From Daphnia carinata (Eukaryota), in NCBI RefSeq assembly GCF_022539665.2, contig NC_081331.1, positions 9,238,001 through 9,302,000 on the forward strand: a stretch of 64,000 nt of DNA, in the 5' to 3' direction. Under the pieces are notes generated by a model. That model ran no database searches. It was not told the origin of the DNA and saw only the letters and a list, made by a program, of their open reading frames with translations. Both the position numbers and the translations under genes were made by a program. Of this stretch, positions 12,401-24,435 are shown one piece after another. Positions within the stretch are counted from its first letter, which is position 1, and each line of letters starts with the position of its first letter.

Positions 12401-14508
12401 CGTCATTGTGTTGATGATCATCGACTATCACCAACACAGCCTCGATTGCTCCTCGTGCGGCCACCGACAAGGCCGTGATTGGCTCTTTCGGTGAAAGACT
12501 GAAAGATGTTGCAAGAGTGAGAGCATTTTTTGGCAAACGTCGAGAAGAAGACGTTTATTTTTAGCTTTAACGCGTTTTCTTGCGCTGCGGTCGTTAATAC
12601 GTTACGACGCAGTTGGGCAAACTGGAGACTTAATCAACAAATACGATAAAGCTTGGTATTTAACTACTGATAGATAGCTACATCTGCAAAAATAAGGATA
12701 TGGTGTTTTCTCGAAATATGTAATAATTTTCACGAACAAAAAAAATGTTTAACAGTCGAGTTTAAATTGCACAAATAAGAAAAACTCTATTGGAATTGGG
12801 CAACGGTAACCAGTCATGCATAGCAACTGAAACGAATTAAATTGTTTTTTGATGAATCTTTGTTTGTTGAGTTCTTCTTAGAACGATTTCTGCAGATTCG
12901 AGGGTCGGATTTTTTAAATATCGTTTTTCTGCAAAGGGCATCGAAACCCCATGCACCTTTATGATTGTCAGGATTGCAAAACTTGGAAATGCCATGTTAA
13001 AGGTTAACTACAAGAGGAAACGACTTCGACGAAACCACCCAGAAAAGCAGCGCTTTAAAGGGCATTCACATCATATTGGCTAGTCGATGGGAATCCAGTT
13101 AAATACCGCCAGCGAAAATGCTGATGGCGATCAAAGGGCATGTTTATTATTGCATTTTCGATTGGTAATCATGACCGTCCTTGCTAGTTTAAGCTATGCT
13201 TCTGTCACCTTGTAATCGTGTGGTAGTTCCACTTGGAAAGCGGTAAAAATCGACTTCAAATTTCGTTAGAAAAACCGCTGACAAAGCCTTTAAACAATTT
13301 TATTTTTTACTTCTGGGAAAATGTGGGGGAAAGGGGAATCGTCCCATGCGCAAATTTCTTCGAAAAACAAAAAAATGAAATGAAATACGAAAGGGAGTCG
13401 ATAGCCTTCCTCAAGATTAAGTTGACAGTACAATAAGAGGCAGCACACCATGACTGTTGTCTAGACATTTCGCCAATGATTGGAATTGCAAGTCATATAC
13501 CGTGCTGTGAGATAACAATACAAATAAGTTAAGTGCGTGTTTCCACTAAGGTTTTATACAGCGGAAGCAGTGTACGCGCGTAAGATTTTGCATCGCCCTC
13601 GCAACGCTAGTCTGTAACACGCTATGTCGTATGCACGAAGTCGTGAATGTCGCACGAATAGACGGAACGGCTAACAAGTTCCTTCCTGTCAAAAAAGGGC
13701 ATGTTCTATCTGATGTTTCTGTTTCTCTCACCCTCCTTGTCTTTTCTTCTTCCTCCTCATCGTAGTTTTGTTATGATACCGTTGCTCATTCTTCTTGTAT
13801 CTTATGCTTTATCTCTTTTCCATCAGCCAAGCAATTTGCTCTCGCCCAGCTTCAACACCGCCACCACACCTCTTTTCCCTTTCATCTTTATCTTATTCTT
13901 TTTCTACGTTCTTTCCTCCTCTTGTCCTTCTTCGTTTCTTTCCCTAATCTTTTACCTGCTTTTGTCTCTTTTTTATCATTTTTTTTTAATGCGCTTTTTC
14001 TTGTTCGTTAGATCTGACGTTACACAGTGTTGTTTTGGGTGACTGGGCGGGTAGGATAGACGATGCCGTCCTTCCCCACACTCTTAGAGTATAACTAAAT
14101 GGTGCCAAGGAACTAAAAGAGGAGACAACAATGGAAAAACAAAGTAACAAAAGAGAACTTATTACCTGAAAACATTTTGACTTGTTGCTGATCGATCCAG
14201 AGTGACAAATCATCTTTGTGTTGTTGTTGGCGATTGCGCCGTTCCATTCGCCCTCCCCGTTTCGTTGGCCGGTTTTTGTTGTTGCCGTTGTGATGAGCAG
14301 AATGATTGCTAGCGATGGTGTTGGTTGTTGCGTAGGTCTTGACTGTCGAGTGACGCAACCGCACGGATGGAGTGGTGACTGGCGTTGACGCACTGCAAAT
14401 CGGTCGTCGCATCCCGTCCAGCAGGTCACCACCGACGGCCAGGAGTAAAAGGCCGGTGGCGACGATTGTAATGATGGATACTTGCGGAGGTGACGTGACG
14501 TGAGTCAT
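6474..14508 (-). CDS. shf: Shifted / Wnt inhibitory factor-1 ortholog (signal peptide, WIF domain, EGF-like repeats)
   Basis: Predicted exons 14508-14166, 12177-12080, 11004-10857, 10690-10547, (9745-9512), 9170-8970, 7979-7884, 6833-6618, 6535-6474. Motifs: [68 protein letters not shown], then EGF repeats ([48 protein letters not shown]). Splice phases are compatible. Confidence 0.93.
8120..8854 (+). CDS. COQ7: 5-demethoxyubiquinone hydroxylase (COQ7/clk-1), 3 coding exons, nested antisense in a shf intron
   Basis: Di-iron carboxylate motifs [63 protein letters not shown]-terminus [13 protein letters not shown]. Short introns at about 8292-8363 and about 8515-8576. Confidence 0.95.
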
Positions 14509-16220
14509 TGCACGCTCTACCCTTACTAGCAATGGTAGTAGCGCTCGTCTGGCTGCTCTTACGTCAAGCTAACATCTGTCATCGCCGTCTATTTGCATAA
14601 GAGAAATATGAGCAACATCACCCCTGGTTTTGAAAACAGGGCTAAAAAATACCAGTAGCGCTTCTGTTTAATTTTTACAGAGATCAGTAATAAACAAACG
14701 TCTATCAAGCTTAGGGTAGATCACGCTTAACTAATAATAATATACGTACGTAAGTAAAGAAATTATTCAAATCGTAGAGCCAGCATTAACGGCATTGGAG
14801 GGTGACATTCATCGAAACCTCTAGGACGTAGAGAGATACTGTATGCAATTTGCTGGGGCATCTGCTGAGTTTTGTTATGTCAAATCATGTTTTGTTATGC
14901 CAATAGACAAACTTTTACGCTTTATTTAAGGGCATTTTTCGGGAATCGCAAGGCTGTATGTTGTGTTCTAGAGTCGTGGGCGTCATTGGAGAGTCATGGG
15001 TGCCAAAAACTGTTGTGAGATTTCGGATTGCTAACCTCGAACAAAAACGAAAAATAGCATCCTCCGGCGCCATCAGCATAACTTCCAAGTATATTGAAGA
15101 TGCTTAAAACCGTTCCGATTCTATCGTTTTATTTAATTACAATACCCATATCGAACTTTCAATTTTAAAAAGGGACGAGACTGAACATGAACGATGTGAA
15201 ATGTAAGAAATATATCAACCGCTATTTTGCACTCTTTTTTGTCCCTTCACGCTAGAAGCTCAAGAAATCTGTAGCGAATTCAACTATGAGACTATAAATT
15301 CGGGGGGGAAAGGAAACGAAAAGAATAGCACAGTGTGAAGACGACAGAGTTGTCGAACCGAAAAGTGGCAGTGCTAGGAGGTGCGCCGGGTAGAGTGTTG
15401 AATGTTGGCCTCTGGTGAGCGGCTTGATTTATTCCACGAAAGCCATCGTCATTGCCGCCAGGCTTTAACACCGGCTCAAGCGGGCGCCCTCTTCTTATTT
15501 ATTTTTATTTAGTTTTTCTTTCTCTTTTTTTTTTTCATTCCACACGGTAAAGTGGTTCTTTCAGCTTTTGTTCGTTCCTTGTTCTTTGGCTTTGTCTTTT
15601 CTTTCCTTTTTCCCTTGACCATATTCGCATTGTCCTTCTTCCGAATAATTAACCCGATACAGCTAGAGGGTATAAATAACGAGAAAAAAAAAAAGACAAA
15701 CCGACATCTATTAGGTTTTCGATCGAGAGCCCTTAGGATGGGCCCTTTAACATCATCAGTCTGAAATTCTTCGACCAAGATGCGTGCACCTCGACCAGTT
15801 GGCAACCTGAGAGCAATAAGACTGAGAAAGTGGACTTTTGACCTTGTACTATACGGGCTTTAATGCTGCACAGATCCGCTGCCAACAGTTGACACGCCCT
15901 AATCGCTCCTGACGACGAGGAAAAAGACTTGAAAAAAGAAAAAAATATTGAAAATCTGGAGAGATCGGATAACCGAGGAATTCGACCATTGAATGTTCAA
16001 TTTTTAGAACGTTTCCGCAGAATTGAATTCCATCTTTCGATAAAATCGTACATCACGTGCAACATGTAAACTCTGTGGTCGGTAAGTGTGTGCCACAAAA
16101 AGGAAGGATAATGACAGTAGGATGGGCTCAAAAAAACCTGAAAAAGACATTAGGAATTCGAGAAAGATGAGGACTTGCAGTGAGAACAAGAGTAAAACGA
16201 GACGAACAAAAGGAATAGGG

Positions 16221-16270
16221 AAAGAGAGAGAGAGATAAAAGGAGAGGGAACGAGAGAGAGAGAGAAAGAT
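16221..16270. repeat. Interrupted (GA)n microsatellite
   Basis: aagagagagagaga...gagagagagagagaaag seen directly. Confidence 0.7.
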
Positions 16271-16884
16271 AATAGTGACAGGTTGTTTCCACCTCTTCCC
16301 CTCCTTCATCTTTCAAGCAACCTACTAGTAATTTTGATTGGGACACACACTAAAGGGGCTTTTGACGACATACACTTTGTCTTGCTAAACAGCTTGCATT
16401 AAACGAAAAACCAGACTGGCAAACTTGCCATTCAAACGAACAAATTGTGCTTAATACCTGTTGCGTTCATGAAGGACAGGAATGTTGACGCCTTTCAATG
16501 GGGAAAAACCAAACGTCAGTGCTGGACTCGGATGGTCGTCGACGGGTTGATGGCTCTAATGAAAGTTCTATTCAATTCGAATGTTGTAGGCTGGTACCGA
16601 TTCGTTCGACCTGTTCGGGTCTAGCGACACTGGAAAACTGTGCTGTTTGCGTCTGCTGAGGTACGAACGGAACCACAAACCTCAACAAGGCAGAAGACAC
16701 TACTTGTTTAACTGATGCACAAGACTTGTCGTGCGCTTTTTCTTTTGAGAATCCTCCTCGCCACTTCAACAGATTCCGTGGTGCGCTACGGTACAAGTCT
16801 GGTAAGAAAAAAAGAAAAAGGAGATACAAGGGGGGAGGAAGGAGGAGGAGGTGAGTAAAGGAGAGGAGGAGCTTTCTCCTCACC

Positions 16885-16930
16885 CGCCTCTGACCGTGCC
16901 ACGGCAAAGGGCAAAACCGCATTTATAGGT
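16885..16930 (-). promoter_or_regulatory. Possible TATA-box core promoter of shf
   Basis: Minus strand CCTATAAAT at about 16921-16929 with an Inr-like TCAG about 30 nt downstream, upstream of the shf ATG. No expression data. Confidence 0.25.
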
Positions 16931-18892
16931 AGCAGTCAAACGGACGGTAAAAAAAAAAAAAAGAAGGCCACATCAGGCACGAGATCTATTATCTACTAAC
17001 AGCTGCCGAAAATTGTTTTACCAATTGGGGAATCATGCAAGTACAGCATTACAATACACACACACACAAAACCGTTGTTGATTTTGTCCGTTTTAAAGCT
17101 TCAAAGCTTTCAAAGCAAGATCGTTCGATATTGCCGTAGCGTATGTCTGTTTTGTTGTACGGCATTAATGACGAGTAAATCAACTTGACGGCGCCAGTAA
17201 AATTTTGAGTAATCATTTTCTCTTGGCTTATTGTCGTAAGGTGGTGACATTGTCGTACTATTTTTGATTAGTCAATGTTACCCGAATTGACACTTATACG
17301 CAATATGTAACTACTTAACGAGGTCTGCGTTAACTCTAATTTTGCTCCCAATTGCTCCTTCGTCACTTCTCTCGTTGGACCAGAGAACGCTCATGAACAG
17401 ATGATTTTCCATTCCTTATACGTAAATGCAACTACATTCATGCGAGTTTTGAGCTTGAAAATCGTTCTTTAAATTCTCAAGGGAAAAACAACAAAAACAA
17501 AACCTCCCTAAAAAGAAGCTGGTAAAGGAAAAGATGAAAGACTACATAGACATGGATCATCTCCTTTTTCTACAGGCGATGATGCTTAACTGTGCGGACG
17601 GCTGCTGATGGGCTGATCCCCCACCTTTTGCCTCTTTCATCGGCTTTTCACCATCGCTGAATTTTTGTTATGTCATTGGCGTTTTAGAAGCAATCGTTCA
17701 CGCAAGCTTTCAGCGCCATCAATAGCTAAATACGCTGGCCATATTTTGTTCTTTTCAACGAAGGCACACGTGGCGCAGACTGAAGCACGATTGACATTAC
17801 AAGATGCCAATTTCTCGTTTCGTCAAAATGCGAAGTTGCTTATGAGAACTTAATTTAAAACGCAGTTGAGAAGAGAATGGCAGTCAATATACCTGAATTT
17901 CAATATCAAGAATTTCGTTTCTTTTTTTTTTTAAGATTTTGAAGATTATTCAAGTGAAAAAGGCAAGTTGGACGATCAATAAATATTCCAACTTAAAACT
18001 TCGTTTACATGAAGGAAAGAAAAGTAAAATAAGCAAACTGGCGCTGCCGAAAATAGATGCTAGAAATCCCTAGCTTATGGATTACTTGTAATGGAAAAAA
18101 TGTGGGTGTAATAACACACAAGATGGTGAGATCTTTATCATTTCAACGTTGGTACAATTTGCAGGAAAAAGTCAACGACGTATTATTCTAGGGTCGTCAA
18201 CTCATCTTACGTATTCAGATGTTCCAGCTTTGAGTTGTTATGCGGACAATTTTCGATCAAAAACTGCCTATTTTTGACCACAATGATGCCGACGAAATTT
18301 CCATCGAATTCGATGAACATTTTTGCTTCAAGCAATTTTGTTAGGATTTAGGGTAACGGCTTCAACAAATTGATCTGATTAGTGCCTTTGTATGTTATAG
18401 TCGCCGATGTTACACACGGCGAGCATTCATGCCCTCATCTGCGTACAACAACTTATGGTTTACAATTGTCGGTGAAATCTAACGAGTGATAATCAGCACC
18501 ACATTACAACGGAAGCTGGAATTCATCAAATCAAGCGAAAAATCATCTACAGCAACAAAGGCGACTGAACTGTTATTGAAATGGTAATTTTTTGAGCTAC
18601 AAGAAACCATAATCCACTATCAAAGAACGCGTAAATGTAATGATACTGCAGGAATACGAAGGTAAAGTAACGATACATAATGAAGCATTCCACTTTTTAA
18701 AAAGCTGGGAGGTAACTTTTTACACCGCAATCCCACCTCACATAATCAAAGAAATATGAATTTTCGATGTCATCCCGAACATTAATTTTGATCCCTTAAA
18801 TGGAATGTGGAAAATATATCATTTCCGAAATGCAAAAGAGCAATCGATAATCCATTTTCTATAATGCGCAACATCACAAGTGTTTGGAGAAA

Positions 18893-21392
18893 TCACCGAA
18901 GCATTTCCGAAACATCCCCTGTTGGCTCCCTACCGAGAAGCCAGTATGTTTTCAGCCAACCTTTTCCTGCAATTCGATGTATTGACAATCGTTCTGCTGA
19001 AACCAATATTTTATTAACCATACCTTTGATGTAAATGATGCCGCGCTCCTTCATAATGAAGCCTCCCATCCTCGACAGTGCTACATGGCACTCGGAGCTA
19101 ATTTGAATTTGCGAAGGCTCCCCGGTTGTACTCAGTCGAGATGTCACGTTCACCGTATCTCCGAAAAGGCAAAAGCGTGGTTTATCTAATCCAATAACTC
19201 CTGCTGCTACAGGACCTACAATTACCAAAGGTTAGGACATTTTTCCGAATTCTTTCTTAACACGCTGTTACCTAAATGCATCCCTATACGAAGCAGGATT
19301 GCAAGATGCGGAATGTGAGGAACTTTGTACGCTCGAATGGAATTGAGAAGATTAAGAGCCAACAAGGCAGCTTCTACCGTGTGGTGATTTTTCCGTGGGA
19401 AGAGTCCTGACGCCTATAACCGAAAAATTGTGTGAAACTGTCGTGAAACGGATCTGTAGATGACAGGGAAAAAGATAAATTGATTTACCACAAAATATGT
19501 GTCTTTGACGGTTTCCACTTTGTAAACGTGATACCCTTGAACGACGGAATCGAAAATGTTATAGATATCATCTAATAACCGTATATGCTATTCAAACACG
19601 AGAGAAAATGAAAGTGATCAGTAAGTAATAACACAGAAATGTACGAAGCTAGAACGTGGAGAATCACCTCATGTGGCGAGCTTATCTCAGAAATTTGAAG
19701 AAAGTTACCAATATTCGTAAAAAGAAGAGTCACTGATTCAAAAACTTGTGGTTTAACGCGTAAACCTTTCACTAACTGATTAGCTGCATGACTTCAAGGG
19801 TGACTCGTTAGTAATGAAAATAAAAACCAATAAACAATAAAAGCAAGACATTACCTGGGAATAATGCTTGAAAGTAATTTGGCTTTTTTCTCTTTTTCCT
19901 TCTTTAGATCAACTAGTTCATGATCCGTGTCATATGCCATTTGAGAACACCTGCAAGTGGGTTGATGGATTTGGGAATGTGCAACATTAGAATGAAGATT
20001 ATACTAAAAACACAGAATAAATTTACGTTTCATTTTTCAGTACTGAAAGTTGGCAAAACACGAAATCGGCATTGGGACGCAAACTAGGCACTTCCGACCA
20101 ACAGTCTTCCAAGCAACGCCGGATAAATGAAGGACAGCCGTATTCCAAGTTGGAATCATCCTTCACACGTGATTATATAAAAAATGAAAATGGTGTCATG
20201 GGTTGCGAAAGTGCAAGACATAAGCTTTTCCCCTCTTTAAAATTAAAAAAAAATTTACCTTGATTTGTGGACGAAAATATTCTACGTGTCCAACGGTATT
20301 TAAATTAGGTCCTTGCTGGATTCTATCCAATATTAAACTAACATCAATTGTGGTTGTTGAGTTCACATTGAAGGGCCCTTGCCGGTGAATGATTTCATGA
20401 AGAATTACAGCAAAGGCGTACATATCCGCTTCGCAAGAGGCACCACAATCTTGATTTCGCAATATTTCCGGAGCCAGCCATAACCTGTCTTACATATTTG
20501 GGGTTAAATGAAGACAAGCTCTATGTATGTATTTAAAATTTTGCGCATTTACCGATTAAAGTTGAAGACGATTCACTTTGCGTAAGCTCTCGTAACTGGT
20601 TAATTCCAAAATCAGATATTTTAAGTCGTAAGTAGGAATTAAGGAGACAGTTCGATGATTTCAATCGTCCGTGGCATTTTATGGAACTGTAGTGAATGTA
20701 AGTAACACCACAAATAAGATCTTGGATCAAAGAGGTAATCACAGGCTTTCGAAATGAAATGTTCACACTTGAGAGTAATTCCTACAATACAGAATAATAA
20801 AAAAGTTATTATTTCTAAAATGAAGCTAGGACAAAATATGTAATTTGGACCTGAAGGGTTCCTAATTGGCAATAAGGAGTCACCAGATATAGTTTTTGGT
20901 CTTTTAATAGTGCACCAACTAAAGGATTTATGTTAGTATGATGCAACTTTTGCAACAAACTTAGTTCTTTCTGAAGTCTTGGTGGTAGCTGTAGCTGTTT
21001 GTAATTGAACAATGTAATTGACTTGATCCACATCCTTGAACAACTGTTATTATGACTATATATGCTATTACAGTCAAATTGTTGTGCATCAGACTATAAA
21101 GAGTATAAAAATTTATTCTCATTTAAACAGTACATACCTAGAATTACTTACATCAGAAAATTTACTCCAATGGAGCCCGAAGAAGTCTTTTTGATCAAGG
21201 ATTGAAGTTTCTGGTTTAACATCATTTGCCTCCTAACCATAAAATTGACATAACATTAGTTTCTCTCCTCACAACAAATATCAGAAATTTCAATTCATTG
21301 TGTTTTAGGCACACTTACCACTCTCCGAAAGCACATAACTAGAACAAATAAGCTTGCTACACAAATCAAAACAGGGCCAATCAACCAAATCC
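18893..21392 (-). CDS. Atypical single-pass receptor guanylyl cyclase (TM, kinase-homology domain, coiled coil, class III cyclase); 5' end uncertain
   Basis: TM exon 21392-21319 reads IWLIGPVLICVASLFVLVMCFRRV. Kinase-homology motifs: LHHTNINPLVG, HGRLKSSNCLL..LKISDFG, LWLAPE, DMYAFAVILHEI, CLEDCWSEVPSLRP. Cyclase motifs: [74 protein letters not shown]. Introns are short GT-AG. Confidence 0.88.
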
Positions 21393-21771
21393 CTAAAAAA
21401 GATGATAACAGATGACCACCGTCGATCGTCATAACACTTGTTCTTGGTCGTTATTTGAACTGTTTGTCTGAAACGGGCCCTCACATCCAAACCCAACGTA
21501 CGTCCACATATTACAAAAAAAAAAACTAAAAACGCGGCATATTATTTGATGCTTTGCTATATTTTGATAGTCAGCAATTACTGTAAGGGACAGGGCTCTA
21601 CACTATAAAAAGACTACTAAAATTTTGGGACAGATCAGAATCTTAACGCGCGACATGGGTAATCATGCTGTTTCATGTTCTTTGTTTACTTTATGTTTTT
21701 GTTTTTCAAAGAACGAAGGCTAAATATATTTCCACGGTAGGCTGTCGTGCCAAGACGGTCAGAACTGTCAT

Positions 21772-22000
21772 TTACCACGACATCTTTCGTGGCAAGAAAA
21801 AAGTATTTGTCTATTAACGTGAGAGCTGGTTCTCTCCCTTCGTGGCGGTAAGGCGGTAAACTCAAGTATATTTATTGCCTCGATATATTTCGTGGCAATT
21901 AGCCAAGATTTGCCAATAATTGCCACGAAAAGATTTCGTCCTCTTCTGCCACTGCAACAGTTGATTCAGCTATAACTGATTAATTATTGCCACGAAGGGA
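21772..22000. repeat. Nested inverted-repeat cluster built on TTCGTGGC/GCCACGAA
   Basis: Perfect 14-bp IR at 21888-21901/21917-21930, an outer 12-bp IR at 21835-21846/21989-22000, and a further copy near 21786. Confidence 0.6.
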
Positions 22001-22967
22001 ATCGTTTGCAATCCATTCTAATTCAACATTATAATGTTTTCATTGGATTTTCTTTTTCTTTCTTTACAACATATCAAAAGTTGCATTTTTGAAATCTGAC
22101 GTATTTCAAAATAATTGTTGTATGCGTACAATGTGCGGTTACATCTGTTTGTATCTTTTCATTAAAAAAAACTTAATCGAATTAGTTGTGTCGATCTGCC
22201 ATTGTAATAGCAATGCACCTTAAGAAATTATAACGATCTTTTCTCAAGAATTGTGTAGATCACTAGGAGTCGAACATAGATCTTTTAAATCTTCGAACGT
22301 CTATCTCGATTCGAATTTGAACACGATAGCCCGCATGTTGCTTGCTTGTTGTGTTGCATGTTGCTTACATTCCCAAAAAGCTTGGCGCCTTTGCGATAAA
22401 ATGCACATAATTTTTTTAAGAAATATTGAAATCTAAAAGACAAAATACTACCTACTATTACATGACATGATGACAGATGGCGTTTATAGCCGGCCAGTTT
22501 TCGACTATTTTCTGCCATGATTGGTGCAGTCGGCCTTTATTAAGAAAATGTTCTGTCCTGTGGCTTTGAATATTACTGTAGCCAAAAAATATCCAGAATT
22601 AGGAACGTTACTATATGTAAATGCTACGGTAGATTCTAGACACTGGTTAACACCAAGTCACTGCAAATAATGAATGGAGCGTGGAAAAATTGGCCAATAA
22701 ATATCAATCGGTTCTCCATAATTTTTTCCACTGTTTTCAACTTGGTTCCGGAAATACTATATTTGCGTTAGTTGCAGGATGTGTGTATGCTAGACAGTCA
22801 TCATAGAATGAAATGCCTCCTGGCGGCAAATTCTGGCATGCATTTGTATTGGCGAAGATCTAAGAGCAGGGTAATGTTGAGACCTGTAGTCTAGTTACGG
22901 GGGTGTTTCTTTATGGTCACTTTTGTTAGTTGTCCTACCGAAGTTCGTTAAAAGTACCAAATTACAA

Positions 22968-24435
22968 ATGCCGTCTGATGAACGGAAACCTCTTGTTAGC
23001 CATGATTATGGGGGAGATCTGGCTGCTAATATTGCGCAAGGTAAGTTTACTACAAAATCTTCGAGGAACCCAAGGGCTAAGGCAATGATTTCATCTCCGA
23101 AAATGTTATCTTGTCTATGAGTCACAATGGTGTCAGTATACACCTGGCGGCTTCTTGGTGTCCTTTTTTTGAAATATGATTGTTCACACATCATCTAGCA
23201 GTGCTTTTATTTACCAGAAGTTGATGAAGTTTCCCCACCCTATGGATCCACAAATGACACAAGCTCATGGACAACAGGAGCAGCACAGTTAAATGGAAAC
23301 CCTATGGTTACTTGTAGAGTGTGCCAAGCTCTCATTGACATCTCTGGTAAAAAAGATCAGCATGTTGTTAAGTGCGCTGAATGTCATGAAGCAACAGTAA
23401 GTTTGATTTAAAACTTCTTATTAAATATGATTGTTGTACCCAAACATTGGGCAATGAATTATTTTTGTCATACCATCAGCCTATTAGGAATGCACCACCA
23501 GGAAAAAAATATGTACGCTGTCCTTGCAACTGCCTCTTAATATGCAAAGCCACATCTCAAAGGATTGCCTGCCCAAGACCAAGTTGCAAGAGGATCATCA
23601 ATCTGACACCAAACCCAACTAACCCTTCAGTCCCATCTGTTCCTGGAATGTGCCGTGTCACATGTGCCCATTGCCATGATACATTTTTGGCTGTACCATT
23701 TAAAATTTGCCATTTAATGTTTTATATACTTATATACATACTCTTCTGTTCCAGTTCAACACTCTGACAAATGCTTTAGCTCGATGCCCGCATTGCAGAA
23801 GAGTGTAAGTATTATTACCAACTAGTGGGCTTTAGGTTGCTTGTGGTAAAATATGGTTTTAAGTTTTGGCTGCTATACATATTCTGTTTTTAAAAATTGG
23901 GTTAACTGAGCTCAAACAATCTGATTTGTGTTGATGAAAATGGTAGCATTCACACTATCTTTATTAGTACCTTCAACAATAACATTTTTTACATATGATT
24001 CTCTTATGCATTTGTACCTTTTATATGCATATTTATTTAAAGGCTTCCTTTAAAAATTACAGGTCATCTGTTGGGCCGGATTTCGCCAGGAAGAGGGCAA
24101 CTATTTTCTTGGTTTTAAGCATGGTTTTTATCGCCGTTGGTGTCGGAGTAACGGTTCGTAACTTAAAATTACTCATCAGGATTGTGTAATCAAGTTTAAC
24201 TTTCTTTGATAGTGGGGTACTTATCAAATAGCAGCTTCCAAAGGAGGAATGTACGTGGTATACGTGGGTAAGTTTTTCGCTCCTTAAAAAAAAATAAAAT
24301 AAAATAAAACATACGTAAAGATCTGATTGACATCTTTCTTCTCTTACAGGAGCTTTTCTGATTGCCTTGATCTTATTTATTCGGAGCATCTACTATTGGA
24401 CGATGAAAGTCAGCGTGATAGAAGGACCCATGTAA
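22968..24435 (+). CDS. PIP4P1: Phosphatidylinositol-4,5-bisphosphate 4-phosphatase (TMEM55/PIP4P family)
   Basis: Exons encode [64 protein letters not shown] (CX5R motif), LARCPHCRR and [11 protein letters not shown], followed by two C-terminal TM segments. Stop TAA at 24433-24435. Confidence 0.93.

Noticed and set aside
13701..14042. 113-aa very hydrophobic ORF resembling a membrane protein
   Set aside because: It arises from a CT-rich low-complexity tract in shf intron 1. The ORFs at 15509-15805 and 16004-16346 are similar artefacts.
23685..23754. Possible non-canonical GC-AG or U12 intron in PIP4P
   Set aside because: An in-frame GT donor 3 nt downstream explains the junction with one extra Ala, and the U12 consensus is not matched; undecidable without reads.
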